Source: Oscillospiraceae bacterium
Lineage (GTDB): Bacteria; Bacillota; Clostridia; Oscillospirales; Oscillospiraceae
NCBI GenBank assembly: GCA_017444665.1
Contig: JAFSWC010000066.1
Location: forward strand, 530-64,529
DNA: 64,000 nucleotides
Direction: 5' to 3'
In this document: one piece after another, positions 53,362 through 62,200 of the stretch
Position numbering within the stretch: the first letter of the stretch is position 1
Layout: every line of letters begins with the position of its first letter
The notes under the pieces: generated by a model
Told to the model about the DNA's origin: nothing
Seen by the model: only the letters and a program-made list of their open reading frames with translations
The model's database searches: none
Made by a program: the position numbers and the translations under genes

Positions 53362-53666
53362 GCGTTCGCCAGTCTTTTCAGTCCCTCGATATCTGTTACG
53401 CCGACGGTGCGGGCAATCTCTGCGCCGTCCTTGAACGCGATGATCGTCGGAATGCTGAAAATATTATAGCGCGCAGCGATGTCGGGCTGCTCGTCCACGT
53501 CGACCTTGCCGACTTTGACGACGTCGCCCATCTCGGCCTCAAAAGCGTCCAGGATCGGAGCCTGCATGCGGCAGGGACCGCACCAGGTCGCCCAAAAGTC
53601 AACGACCGTCGTTCCGGCGGCGATCGCCTCGTCAAAAGATTTGCTGTCAAAATGTACAACTGCCAT
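53358..53666 (-). CDS. trxA: thioredoxin
   Basis: 102 aa with active site WATWCGPCR. Confidence 0.96.
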   Translation of the reverse strand: MAVVHFDSKSFDEAIAAGTTVVDFWATWCGPCRMQAPILDAFEAEMGDVVKVGKVDVDEQPDIAARYNIFSIPTIIAFKDGAEIARTVGVTDIEGLKRLANA

Positions 53667-53699
53667 GGTTCTTTCTCCTTTTCTGTTTTTTCTTTTTTC

Positions 53700-54524
53700 T
53701 TATTTGTTGTTGTCGATATATTCACAGGCGCTGAGCGCGGCCACGTTGCCCTCGCCCGCCGCCTTGGCCAGCTGATACGGTTTTCCCGTGCAGTCTCCGG
53801 CGGCAAACACACCGGGAACATTCGTCTGCATCTTCCGGTCGGTAACAATGCCGCCGTCGGAATACGCAAGGCCCTGAACAAGCTTTGTGACAGAAACCGT
53901 GTCCTTGATGACAAAAATGCCGTCTACCTTGTGTTCCTCGCCGCCTACGACAACCGTGTCCGCCTTCAGCCCGCCGCGGATCTCATAGCGCGCCGCCTTT
54001 GTCATGCGAAGTACGGAGCAGCCGATGCTTTCCAGGAAATCGGCGTCCTGAGCGGCTTCCTCGCCGCTGCCGATTACCGCCACAGTTTTGCCGCGATAGA
54101 GCATTCCGTCGCAGGTCGCACAATAGCTGACGCCGCGTCCGAGGTATTCCCCTTCTCCGGGATAAAGTTTTTCTCTTGTAATTCCGGCCGCAATAATAAC
54201 AGCGGAACAATTGCAGAAATCGCTGCCGACGGCAACGCCGAAGCTTTTGCCGATCGGCATGACGCTGAGCGCTCTGCCGCTGATCACGTCCGCACCGCTG
54301 GACAGAAGCTGGGAGGACAGGATCTCTGAAATCTCTTTTCCCGTAGCGGCTGGAATGCCGGGATAATTTGTGATCTTTTCGGCCTTGTATAAGCTGCTTG
54401 TCTCCGCACTGTTCGTGATCACGCCAACACTCTTTCCCCGGTTGATGCAGGTAAGCGCAGCCGACACGCCGGCAATGCTGCCGCCGATGATTACAACGTC
54501 GTATTTTTCTCTCAACTGTATCAC
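53700..54524 (-). CDS. thioredoxin-reductase-like flavoprotein lacking canonical NADPH-binding motifs
   Basis: 274 aa. FAD fold VVIIGGSIAGVSAA, redox site SYCATCDG and GVFAAGDC are present. GGGxxA and HRRxxxR are replaced by VIGSGEEAAQDA and LRMTKAARYE. Confidence 0.82.
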   Translation of the reverse strand: MIQLREKYDVVIIGGSIAGVSAALTCINRGKSVGVITNSAETSSLYKAEKITNYPGIPAATGKEISEILSSQLLSSGADVISGRALSVMPIGKSFGVAVGSDFCNCSAVIIAAGITREKLYPGEGEYLGRGVSYCATCDGMLYRGKTVAVIGSGEEAAQDADFLESIGCSVLRMTKAARYEIRGGLKADTVVVGGEEHKVDGIFVIKDTVSVTKLVQGLAYSDGGIVTDRKMQTNVPGVFAAGDCTGKPYQLAKAAGEGNVAALSACEYIDNNK

Positions 54525-54556
54525 TTCCTTTGGCTCATTAGTCTAACATATTTTTA

Positions 54557-54585
54557 TTGTAATTGCTATTCAAATCAGTTATAAT
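54557..54585 (+). promoter_or_regulatory. sigma-A-type promoter of glnS
   Basis: TTGTAA (54557-54562), a 17-nt spacer, TATAAT (54580-54585). AGGAGA lies ahead of ATG 54619. No T-box is present. Confidence 0.55.
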
Positions 54586-54618
54586 GGCAAAGAATTTACA
54601 AATAGGAGATAAATTCGA

Positions 54619-56301
54619 ATGGATGAGACCAGAAATTTTATCGAAGAATTCGTAAAAGAAGACCTGCAGGAAGGTAATCGCTGCTACGGTATGCAGATCC
54701 ATACCCGTTTCCCGCCCGAACCGAACGGATATCTGCACATCGGTCACTGCAAAGCACTGACCATTGACTTTTCGACGGCCGAGCATTTCGGCGGCATCTG
54801 CAACCTTCGCATGGACGATACCAACCCTGCGAAAGAGGACACCGAATATGTCGACGCCATCCAGGAGGATATCCACTGGCTCGGCTTTGACTGGGGCGAC
54901 CGTTTCTTTTACGGCTCCGATTATTTTGAAAAGACTTACGAATACGCGCTTGAGCTGATCCGCAAGGGTCTTGCCTATGTCTGCGAGCTGACGCCCGAGC
55001 AGTTTCGCGAATACCGCGGCGACACGACGCATCCCGCCGTCAGCCCCTGGCGCGACCGCCCGATCGCGGAAAGTCTTGATCTGTTCGAGCGGATGAAGAA
55101 CGGCGAATTTGAAGAGGGGCGCTACACCCTGCGCGCCAAGATCGATCTGGAAAGCGGCAACTTCAATATGCGCGACCCTGTTCTCTACCGCATCCGCTAT
55201 ATCGAGCATCACCGCCAGGGCACCAAATGGTGTATCTTTCCGATGTACGATTTTGCACACCCGATCCAGGACGCGCTCGAAGGCATTACCCACTCGCTCT
55301 GCTCGCTTGAATACGAAGCGCACCGTCCGCTTTACGATTGGGTCGTGTCGAACGTTTCGGTCCCCGGCATCAAGCCTCGTCAGATCGAGTTTGCCCGTCT
55401 CGGCATCAACTATACCGTCATGTCGAAAAGAAAGCTGCGCCAGCTCGTCGAGGAAGGCCGTGTTTCCGGCTGGGACGATCCGCGCATGCCTACGCTCTGC
55501 GGTCTCCGCCGCCGGGGCTACACCTCGCGCTCGATCCGCACTTTCTGCGAAAAGATCGGCGTGTCGAAGGTCGATTCCACGGTCGACTGGGCGCTGCTTG
55601 AAAGCTGCCTGCGCGACGATCTGAACGAAAACGCCCGCCGCGTCATGGCCGTGCTCAACCCTGTCAAGCTGACGGTCACGAATTATCCCGAAGGACAGAC
55701 GGAGCTTCTCACAGTCGAGAACAATCCTCTCCGGCCCGAAGACGGCACGCGCGAGGTCAGCTTCACCCGTGATCTGTATATTGAAGCCGAAGACTTCATG
55801 GAAGTACCCGCGCCGAAGTTCAAGCGCATGTATCCCGGTTTTGAGGTGCGTCTGAAGGGCGCGTATCTTGTCACCTGCACCGGCTGTCGCAAGGACGAAA
55901 ACGGCAATGTCGTCGAAATCTTCTGTGAATACGATCCCGAAAGCCGCGGCGGCGATCCCGCCGACGGGCGCAAGGTAAAAGGGGCGACGATCCACTGGGT
56001 CGACGCCGACAACTGCGCCGATGCCGAGGTTCGGGTATATGATTATCTCTTTACCGATCCCGATCCCGACGGTCCGGACAAGAATTTCCTTGACTATATC
56101 AATCCCGACAGTCTGAAGGTGCTGACCGGCTGCAAGGTAGAAAAATGTCTTTCCGAGATCCCGATGCCCGAGAGGGGCAAAAACTCCGAAAGCTTTCAGT
56201 TCATGCGTCAGGGCTATTTCTGCCTTGACAACAAGGATGCCTCACCCGATCATCTGGTTTTCAACCGCGCGGTCGCACTGAAGGAGAGCTTCCGGAAATA
56301 A
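54619..56301 (+). CDS. glnS: glutamine--tRNA ligase
   Basis: 560 aa. RFPPEPNGYLHIGH (HIGH), VMSKRKL (KMSKS) and a GlnRS-type C-terminal beta-barrel region. Confidence 0.95.
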   Translation: MDETRNFIEEFVKEDLQEGNRCYGMQIHTRFPPEPNGYLHIGHCKALTIDFSTAEHFGGICNLRMDDTNPAKEDTEYVDAIQEDIHWLGFDWGDRFFYGSDYFEKTYEYALELIRKGLAYVCELTPEQFREYRGDTTHPAVSPWRDRPIAESLDLFERMKNGEFEEGRYTLRAKIDLESGNFNMRDPVLYRIRYIEHHRQGTKWCIFPMYDFAHPIQDALEGITHSLCSLEYEAHRPLYDWVVSNVSVPGIKPRQIEFARLGINYTVMSKRKLRQLVEEGRVSGWDDPRMPTLCGLRRRGYTSRSIRTFCEKIGVSKVDSTVDWALLESCLRDDLNENARRVMAVLNPVKLTVTNYPEGQTELLTVENNPLRPEDGTREVSFTRDLYIEAEDFMEVPAPKFKRMYPGFEVRLKGAYLVTCTGCRKDENGNVVEIFCEYDPESRGGDPADGRKVKGATIHWVDADNCADAEVRVYDYLFTDPDPDGPDKNFLDYINPDSLKVLTGCKVEKCLSEIPMPERGKNSESFQFMRQGYFCLDNKDASPDHLVFNRAVALKESFRK

Positions 56302-56310
56302 TCCTTTCAC

Positions 56311-56351
56311 AAAAAAGAGCGGAGAAATACCGTCGTATTTCTCCGCTCTTT
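56311..56351. terminator. bidirectional terminator
   Basis: AAAAAAGAGCGGAGAAATAC CGTC GTATTTCTCCGCTCTTTTT, between glnS and the convergent zinc-ribbon gene. Confidence 0.88.
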
Positions 56352-56363
56352 TTATCATTTTGA

Positions 56364-56759
56364 TCAGGAATACAAAGCTTGGATCTGATTAAGAACATCC
56401 ATGATCTCATCCATGGAGTTGGTGGCAAAGCCGATCACAACCAGCACGATCGCAATGATCAGCGCCAGAAGCAGTGCGCACCAGTAAGATCTGGCATAGC
56501 TTCTGCGGTTCAGATTCTTGTCGTTGAAGGTAAAGATCAGCAAACAGATCAGTCCGACAAACGGGATCGAGAACAGAAGCGAATAGCCGACGTACGCCCA
56601 TGCGCCAAGCGGCTTATACTGGCTGGGAATGGCGACCGGTACGGCGGCGGGATTGGCCGGTTTCGTCGTTTTGGCGGCAGCGGACGAAAGCTGTGCGCCG
56701 CAGTTTTTGCAGAATACTTCTCCGGTCTCGACCGGGGCGCCGCAATTGGGACAATTCAT
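56364..56759 (-). CDS. zinc-ribbon domain membrane protein
   Basis: 131 aa. N-terminal CPNCG...CKNCG ribbon, a Pro/Ala linker and two TM helices. Confidence 0.7.
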   Translation of the reverse strand: MNCPNCGAPVETGEVFCKNCGAQLSSAAAKTTKPANPAAVPVAIPSQYKPLGAWAYVGYSLLFSIPFVGLICLLIFTFNDKNLNRRSYARSYWCALLLALIIAIVLVVIGFATNSMDEIMDVLNQIQALYS

Positions 56760-56798
56760 ATGGATGACCTCCTGTAAAAAAAATAATGGACTTTCGTG

Positions 56799-57509
56799 TT
56801 AAAACAAGCCGCCGATCCACGCGGCAAGCGGGAAATACAGGATCGGTAGAAAAATGGCAGGCAGCATGTCGCCGATCTTGATATGCTTATGGGAAATCCC
56901 CATCAGATTGATTGCCATGCCAATAAACAGTGTTCCGCCGACAGCGGACATCTCCGTAACCACTTCTGTCGTCAGAATCGGCGCCGCAACAGAGGCCAGG
57001 AGCGCGATCCCTCCTTGAATTACGAGCACGGATACCGCCGAAAGCAGCACACCGGCGCCAAGTGCGGCGGCAAAGATCAGCGAGCTCATCAGATCCATGA
57101 TGCTTTTCGCGATCAGGATATCATAATGATGGTTCAGCCCCGCTTCGATCGATCCGATGACCGTCATGGTCCCGACACAGAACAGCATCGTCGTCGTCAT
57201 AAACGCCTCGGCAAACGGGCCTTTGCCAAGTTTGGTCCCCTTCAGCCGTTCTTTGATACGATCAGACGCGCCGTTCATGCGATCATCCAGCTTCAGCCAT
57301 ACGCCGATCACCGTTCCGATGACAAGGCATACCATCACGATCAAAATGTTGCTGGTCTGTATCGCACTCTGTACGCCGATCACGAAGGTGCACAGCGCAA
57401 TCGCCATCATGATCCCCTGTGTATAGTTTTCTTTGATCCTGCTGCCGAAAATCAGACCGATCGTCGATCCGATCAGCACCGTGGCAACATTGATAAACAC
57501 CGCCAGCAT
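56799..57509 (-). CDS. DUF554-family (YdfK/YqgA-like) membrane protein
   Basis: 236 aa, about 6 TM helices. MLAVFINVATVLIGSTIGLIFGSRI is a typical DUF554 N-terminus. Confidence 0.72.
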   Translation of the reverse strand: MLAVFINVATVLIGSTIGLIFGSRIKENYTQGIMMAIALCTFVIGVQSAIQTSNILIVMVCLVIGTVIGVWLKLDDRMNGASDRIKERLKGTKLGKGPFAEAFMTTTMLFCVGTMTVIGSIEAGLNHHYDILIAKSIMDLMSSLIFAAALGAGVLLSAVSVLVIQGGIALLASVAAPILTTEVVTEMSAVGGTLFIGMAINLMGISHKHIKIGDMLPAIFLPILYFPLAAWIGGLF

Positions 57510-57576
57510 CGCCGAAACCTCGCTTTTTTTGCTATTTTATCACGGCTGGTTTGCGATTGCAAGGCCTTGCACGCCG

Positions 57577-57604
57577 TTGCATTTATGCTGAAATCTGCTA
57601 TAAT
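57577..57604 (+). promoter_or_regulatory. sigma-A-type promoter of the large membrane protein gene
   Basis: TTGCAT (57577-57582), a 16-nt spacer, TATAAT (57599-57604). It lies downstream of the ORF-track start (57551), which argues for a later start codon. Confidence 0.5.
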
Positions 57605-57628
57605 TCATTTATCGTGAAAGGAAAGGAT

Positions 57629-59521
57629 GTGACGTGCGTGCTCGGGTTCCTCTGGTTCGCTCTATGGCAAACAGCCGGCATTTTTCTCGCACTTCGTCTC
57701 TTCCCTTCTCTTGACCGGCTTGGCAGGCTGACGCTCGGCAGTGTTTGCGGAAGTGTTATGGCAATTTGGACGCCCGTTCCCTTTTCTTTCTTATTTGGGT
57801 TTTCCCGTCTGTCACATTTGCTTGCCGCTATTATCGGATTATTTCTTCTCTTTGTTTTCCGTCCAAAACATTTTGAGATCGATCGGCAAAGTTTGCGCCG
57901 CGGCTGGATGGAACAGCGCGCGTTTATTCTGCTGCTTTTCTCTCCGCTCTTCCTTTTATGCGTCTATCTTCTTCTTACGCACACCCTTCGCGACATCGGC
58001 GGCGCACTTTACACCGGCCAGTGCACCTTTGGTGATATGGCGATGCATCTGGGGTTTATCACCTCGATCGCACAGCAGGGCTTTTTCCCTCCGGACTACA
58101 GCATTCTGCCCGGCGAGCGGCTTTGCTATCCCTTCCTGTGCGACAGCGTTTCCTCCTCGCTCTATCTGCTGGGGACGCCGCTGCGCGCGTCTTATCTGAT
58201 TCCCGCCTTTTTTGCTCTTGCCCAGGTTTTTTGCGGCTTTTATTTTCTTGCTGGCTCAATCTGCCGGCGACGCGGGGGCGCTTTGCTGTCTTTTGTGCTT
58301 TTTTTCCTTAACGGTGGGTTGGGGCTGATCTATTTCGGAAAAGACCACAGCTTTTACGAGCTTTTCACCGGCTTTTACCACACCCCGACCAATCTGACCG
58401 ATAAAGGGATACGCTGGGTAAATGTGATCGTCGATATGCTGCTTCCTCAGCGTGCGACGCTTTTTGGCTGGGCAGTGTTGTTTTCCGTACTCTTTCTGTT
58501 ATTCCGGGCTGTATTCGGGGGAGAAGACGCCTTCTATCTCCCTGCCGGCGTTCTGGGTGGACTGCTGCCCATGATCCACACGCATTCCTATTTTGCGCTT
58601 GGGCTCGTCGCTTTTTGCTGGCTTGTTTTTTCCGCGCTGCGCGAGCGTTTTTCTGCCCGGTGGTTCAGGTCCTGGCTTTTCTTCGGCCTTCCCGCCGTTA
58701 TTCTTGCGATCCCGCAGCTGTATCTGTGGACCTTCCACTCTGTCAACGGCAACGAGCAGTTTCTCCGTCTACACCTCGACTGGGTAAATGCGGGAACGGA
58801 AAACTGGCTTTGGTTCTGGCTGAAAAATGTCGGACCGGTATTTCTCCTCGTTCCGTTTGCCTTTTTCTTTGCAGACCGTGAGCAGCGTGCTGCCGCAGTT
58901 CCCGCTGTCTTTATTTTCCTTTTGTGTGAGCTGCTTGTCTTTCAGCCGAACGTTTATGACAACAACAAGCTTCTGTATGTCTCGTACGCGTTTGTGTGCA
59001 TGCTTTCTGCCGACTTTCTCGTCTCCTGTGCGGAAAAGCTCCGCTCCCGACCGGTCCGCGTCGTTCTGCTTTCTCTTTTTCTGGTCATTTCCCTGAACGC
59101 TTCGCTTCTCACTATCACGCGGGAGATCCTGTCCGGTACGCCAAAAAACGCCTATCGTCTTTTTTCCCGGCATGACGCTGCGGCCGCGGACTATGTCAGG
59201 TATCAGACGGCGCCGGACTCGCTCTTTTTAACAGCGAACAACCACAATAACGCTGTCGCGGCGTTGACCGGAAGGAATGTCTTCTGCGGCTGTCCGTCTT
59301 ATCTCTTTTATCACGGTCTTGATTATGACGATCGTATGGAGCTTTGCCGGCAGCTTCTTACCAATGGTGATCTCTTTGACCGGGAACACGCAAAGCTGGG
59401 GATCGACTATGTGTATATTGGAAGCTATGAGCGGGCTCTCGGCTGCTGCGAAGAGCATTTTGCGGCATTTTATCCCGCAGTCTTCACATCCGGGGACGTT
59501 ACGATCTATAAAACAAATTGA
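57629..59521 (+). CDS. polytopic membrane protein, probable GT-C-fold (ArnT/PMT-like) glycosyltransferase
   Basis: About 630 aa with at least 12 TM helices. The loop motif DMAMHLGFITSIAQQGFFPPDYSILPG is followed by a C-terminal soluble domain. The start is uncertain: GTG 57629 or GTG 57638, both after GAAAGGAAAGGA. Confidence 0.6.
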   Translation: MTCVLGFLWFALWQTAGIFLALRLFPSLDRLGRLTLGSVCGSVMAIWTPVPFSFLFGFSRLSHLLAAIIGLFLLFVFRPKHFEIDRQSLRRGWMEQRAFILLLFSPLFLLCVYLLLTHTLRDIGGALYTGQCTFGDMAMHLGFITSIAQQGFFPPDYSILPGERLCYPFLCDSVSSSLYLLGTPLRASYLIPAFFALAQVFCGFYFLAGSICRRRGGALLSFVLFFLNGGLGLIYFGKDHSFYELFTGFYHTPTNLTDKGIRWVNVIVDMLLPQRATLFGWAVLFSVLFLLFRAVFGGEDAFYLPAGVLGGLLPMIHTHSYFALGLVAFCWLVFSALRERFSARWFRSWLFFGLPAVILAIPQLYLWTFHSVNGNEQFLRLHLDWVNAGTENWLWFWLKNVGPVFLLVPFAFFFADREQRAAAVPAVFIFLLCELLVFQPNVYDNNKLLYVSYAFVCMLSADFLVSCAEKLRSRPVRVVLLSLFLVISLNASLLTITREILSGTPKNAYRLFSRHDAAAADYVRYQTAPDSLFLTANNHNNAVAALTGRNVFCGCPSYLFYHGLDYDDRMELCRQLLTNGDLFDREHAKLGIDYVYIGSYERALGCCEEHFAAFYPAVFTSGDVTIYKTN

Positions 59522-59534
59522 TCTGAATAAATGG

Positions 59535-59570
59535 ACAAGCTGAGGCATAAGACCTCAGCTTGTTCTTTCC
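59535..59570. terminator. terminator hairpin between convergent genes
   Basis: ACAAGCTGAGG CATAAGA CCTCAGCTTGT followed by TCTTTCC. Confidence 0.65.
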
Positions 59571-59572
59571 TG

Positions 59573-61990
59573 TTACAGGTCAATCTCACTCAACAGATCG
59601 ACCGTCTCGTTCTCATCGATCCCATAGCCCTCCGCGACGCGGCGGATACCGCTTTGCATATCAAAGCTCTGATTGATAATCGCCGCTTCAAAGCGACCGC
59701 GCTCGCTTTCGGACAATACCCTTACGGCATAGTTTCCGATCATGCGCTTCTTCAGTTCGGATAAATGTCTTGCCGTTGCGTTGTGGATGCGAAGGCAATA
59801 ACATTTTCCCGGTTTCGGCTCGACCTCGGCGCTCGCGGACTTTTTCTTCAGGTACGACAGAACGTTCTCGGTCAGCGCAAGCGGCAAAGGATAGTCCAGA
59901 AGGATCTTCCCCTGCTCCGTTACGCAGGCGCCGCCTGCACACACCAGCGCGTCAGACGGAAAGTCGCCGTCGGGCAGTCCCTCTGTCAGGCAGCACTTTG
60001 CATACACCAGGGTCTTCTCGCCCACAGAGCGCGCAGCCTGCCATTTTTCCCGCACGTCAGAGACGTCTCTCCCCTTCTCTTTCAGCGCCAAAAGCTTATC
60101 CCAGTCCAGGCAGAAGAGTTTCCTCTTCGTTCCCATTTCCGGCTTGTCAAAGTCACATATGAGCCAGCGGAAGCTATTTGGCGGAACGTCAACTTCTCTC
60201 TTGTTAACTGTTACGCCGGTGAACAGATCAAACAGATCTCCCTCCTCGTTCCACAAGGTAGTTTTCTTCTCTTCATCCGAGAAGTTATAAAGTGCGATCA
60301 GTTTTTCTCCGTCGCAATAGCGGCCGATGCCAAGAAGGCTCGGATCCCATATGTTCAGCGTCCAGGTATCTGCCTGGCCGTCAAAGCAGCGATGTTCGGC
60401 GCGCAGCTTTTCCAGTTTTCGCAGAGAAGTGAAAATCTCCCCTTCCGGCGTATCGCTGTCCGCTCTCTTCTCCGCGGCATCCCAGTTCATCTTTCCACGA
60501 TGCAGATAGCGGCTGTCTGCCGCTTTTTCCGGATCGTTGTGGTAGCTGTAATCATTTTCCTGCGCGACCTCATCGCCGCTGTAGAGCACAGGAACACCGC
60601 TGAGTGTGAACATATAGGCATGCAGCATCACGTCAAGACTCAGCGCCTTTTTCAGTTTTTCCCCGTTTCTTTCATTTCTGGCTGCCTCGATCCCGCAGAG
60701 GGACGCGGTCGTGCCGCACAGCCGTGCGTCACCAAGCCGCGGGTCGTCATTATACAGTTCCCCGCGAGCCGGGCTGCCGGGCCATTTTCCTGTCAGATAG
60801 TCGTTCAGGTATTTTTTGTGCGGCGTTTCTTCAGCGCCGAACCACTTGAGAAATGCATAATCCAGTCCCCAGCCGATATCGTCATGGCAGCGCAGGTAAT
60901 TCAGAAAACCGTATTCCTTCGGCAGGGCAAACACCTTATCAAGCTGATTGCGCAACAGTCTCGTGTCCTTTGTCGCCACCGTGTGCCAGGTGCTTGCCAT
61001 CGTTGTAACGTTATACAGCAGGTGGCACTCCGGTTTATCGACCGTTCCGAAATACGGCACGACCTTCGACGGCTCCATAACGACCTCGCCGAGAAGAAGC
61101 GTTCCCGGGCAGACGATCTCGCAGACGATACGCATCATGCGGACAAGCGTGTGGACCTGGAGCAAGTTGCGGCAGTTTGTGCCGAGTTCTTTCCATATGT
61201 ACGGTACCGCATCAAGGCGAATGATGTCGATCCCCCGGTTGCAGAGATAAAGCAGATTCTCCGTCATCTCGGTAAACACGACCGGGTTTTCGTAGTTCAG
61301 ATCCCACTGATAGGGATAAAAGGTCGTCATGACGACCTTGCCGGCCTCCTCGCACCAGCTGAAGTTGCCCGGAGCTGTCGTCGGGAATACCTGGGGCACG
61401 TCCTTTTCAAACTGCTGCGGGATCGACCAGTCGTCATAGAAGAAATAGCGGTCCTGATATTCTTTTTCGCCGGCACGGGCGCGGCGGGCCCACTCGTGGT
61501 CTTCGCTCGTATGGTTCATCACAAAGTCAAGACACACGGATATTCCACGATCATGGCATTCATGCGCAAGGGCGGAGAGGTCGTCCATCGTTCCGAGCTC
61601 GGGCTGAACCCTGCGGAAATCCGACACCGCATAGCCGCCGTCGCTTCTCCCCTTCGGGCTTTCAAGAAGCGGCATCAGGTGCAGATAGTTCACACCGCAT
61701 TCCAGAATATAGTCAAGCTTTTCCCTCACGCCGTTCAAATTGCCGGCAAAGGCGCTGACATACATCTGCATGCCGAGCATCTCGCGCTTTTTATACCAGT
61801 CCGGCTCATCCAGCCGCGCCCGGTCAAGCGCGCGCAGATCGTTCGGCCGCTCGTTCCACATGCGGCACAGCATCTCGCAGAATGCGTTAAAGGATTCGTT
61901 GCTGTGATAGAGCTCCATAAACAAGCTTTTCAGCTCGGTTGCGCACGGATCAAATCTTGCGCGAAAATCGGCAGGCCATTTTCTTTTCAC
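59573..61990 (-). CDS. amylosucrase-like GH13 alpha-glucan sucrase with a 191-aa C-terminal extension
   Basis: 805 aa. GVNYLHLMPLL, DFVMNHTS, GIDIIRLDAVPYIW, LLGEVVMEP and YLRCHDDIGW are GH13 regions I-IV in an amylosucrase-like context. The extension begins after ...RWLICDF, at about nt 60150. Confidence 0.85.
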   Translation of the reverse strand: MKRKWPADFRARFDPCATELKSLFMELYHSNESFNAFCEMLCRMWNERPNDLRALDRARLDEPDWYKKREMLGMQMYVSAFAGNLNGVREKLDYILECGVNYLHLMPLLESPKGRSDGGYAVSDFRRVQPELGTMDDLSALAHECHDRGISVCLDFVMNHTSEDHEWARRARAGEKEYQDRYFFYDDWSIPQQFEKDVPQVFPTTAPGNFSWCEEAGKVVMTTFYPYQWDLNYENPVVFTEMTENLLYLCNRGIDIIRLDAVPYIWKELGTNCRNLLQVHTLVRMMRIVCEIVCPGTLLLGEVVMEPSKVVPYFGTVDKPECHLLYNVTTMASTWHTVATKDTRLLRNQLDKVFALPKEYGFLNYLRCHDDIGWGLDYAFLKWFGAEETPHKKYLNDYLTGKWPGSPARGELYNDDPRLGDARLCGTTASLCGIEAARNERNGEKLKKALSLDVMLHAYMFTLSGVPVLYSGDEVAQENDYSYHNDPEKAADSRYLHRGKMNWDAAEKRADSDTPEGEIFTSLRKLEKLRAEHRCFDGQADTWTLNIWDPSLLGIGRYCDGEKLIALYNFSDEEKKTTLWNEEGDLFDLFTGVTVNKREVDVPPNSFRWLICDFDKPEMGTKRKLFCLDWDKLLALKEKGRDVSDVREKWQAARSVGEKTLVYAKCCLTEGLPDGDFPSDALVCAGGACVTEQGKILLDYPLPLALTENVLSYLKKKSASAEVEPKPGKCYCLRIHNATARHLSELKKRMIGNYAVRVLSESERGRFEAAIINQSFDMQSGIRRVAEGYGIDENETVDLLSEIDL

Positions 61991-62126
61991 AGTCCTATCT
62001 CCTTCATCCTATTTATCAAGCTTTTCAAGCTTTATTATAAAAAACTATTTGCCGTATTTCAAGTGGATCGTCTGCTATCTTCGATTCTTCACCCTATCGT
62101 TTTTTATTTCGACAAGGGGGCGAGAA

Positions 62127-62155
62127 TTGACAATGATCTGTGTTCATGATACTAT
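62127..62155 (+). promoter_or_regulatory. sigma-A-type promoter of the Wzz/BY-kinase-like gene
   Basis: TTGACA (62127-62132), a 17-nt spacer, TACTAT (62150-62155). GAGGAGAG lies ahead of ATG 62201. Confidence 0.55.
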
Positions 62156-62200
62156 GATTTAAAGATAAAGCCTACCTTTTCACTGATAAGAGGAGAGAAT

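Noticed and set aside
54538-55995. 485-aa ORF opposite glnS. Similar cases are 34902-36335 and 36378-37472 opposite alaS, 47039-48148 and 45881-46906 opposite pcrA, and 911-2032 opposite ruvB/ruvA.
   Set aside because: I read all of these as antisense shadows of well-supported genes. I confirmed the codon-aligned phase by hand for the glnS case, and did not check it for the alaS, pcrA and ruvB/ruvA cases. None has motifs or a credible translation-initiation signal.
59765-62149. 794-aa ORF on the plus strand opposite the amylosucrase-like gene
   Set aside because: The same codon-aligned antisense phenomenon. The minus-strand product carries all the GH13 conserved regions, whereas the plus-strand product is Arg/Ala/Val-rich and featureless.
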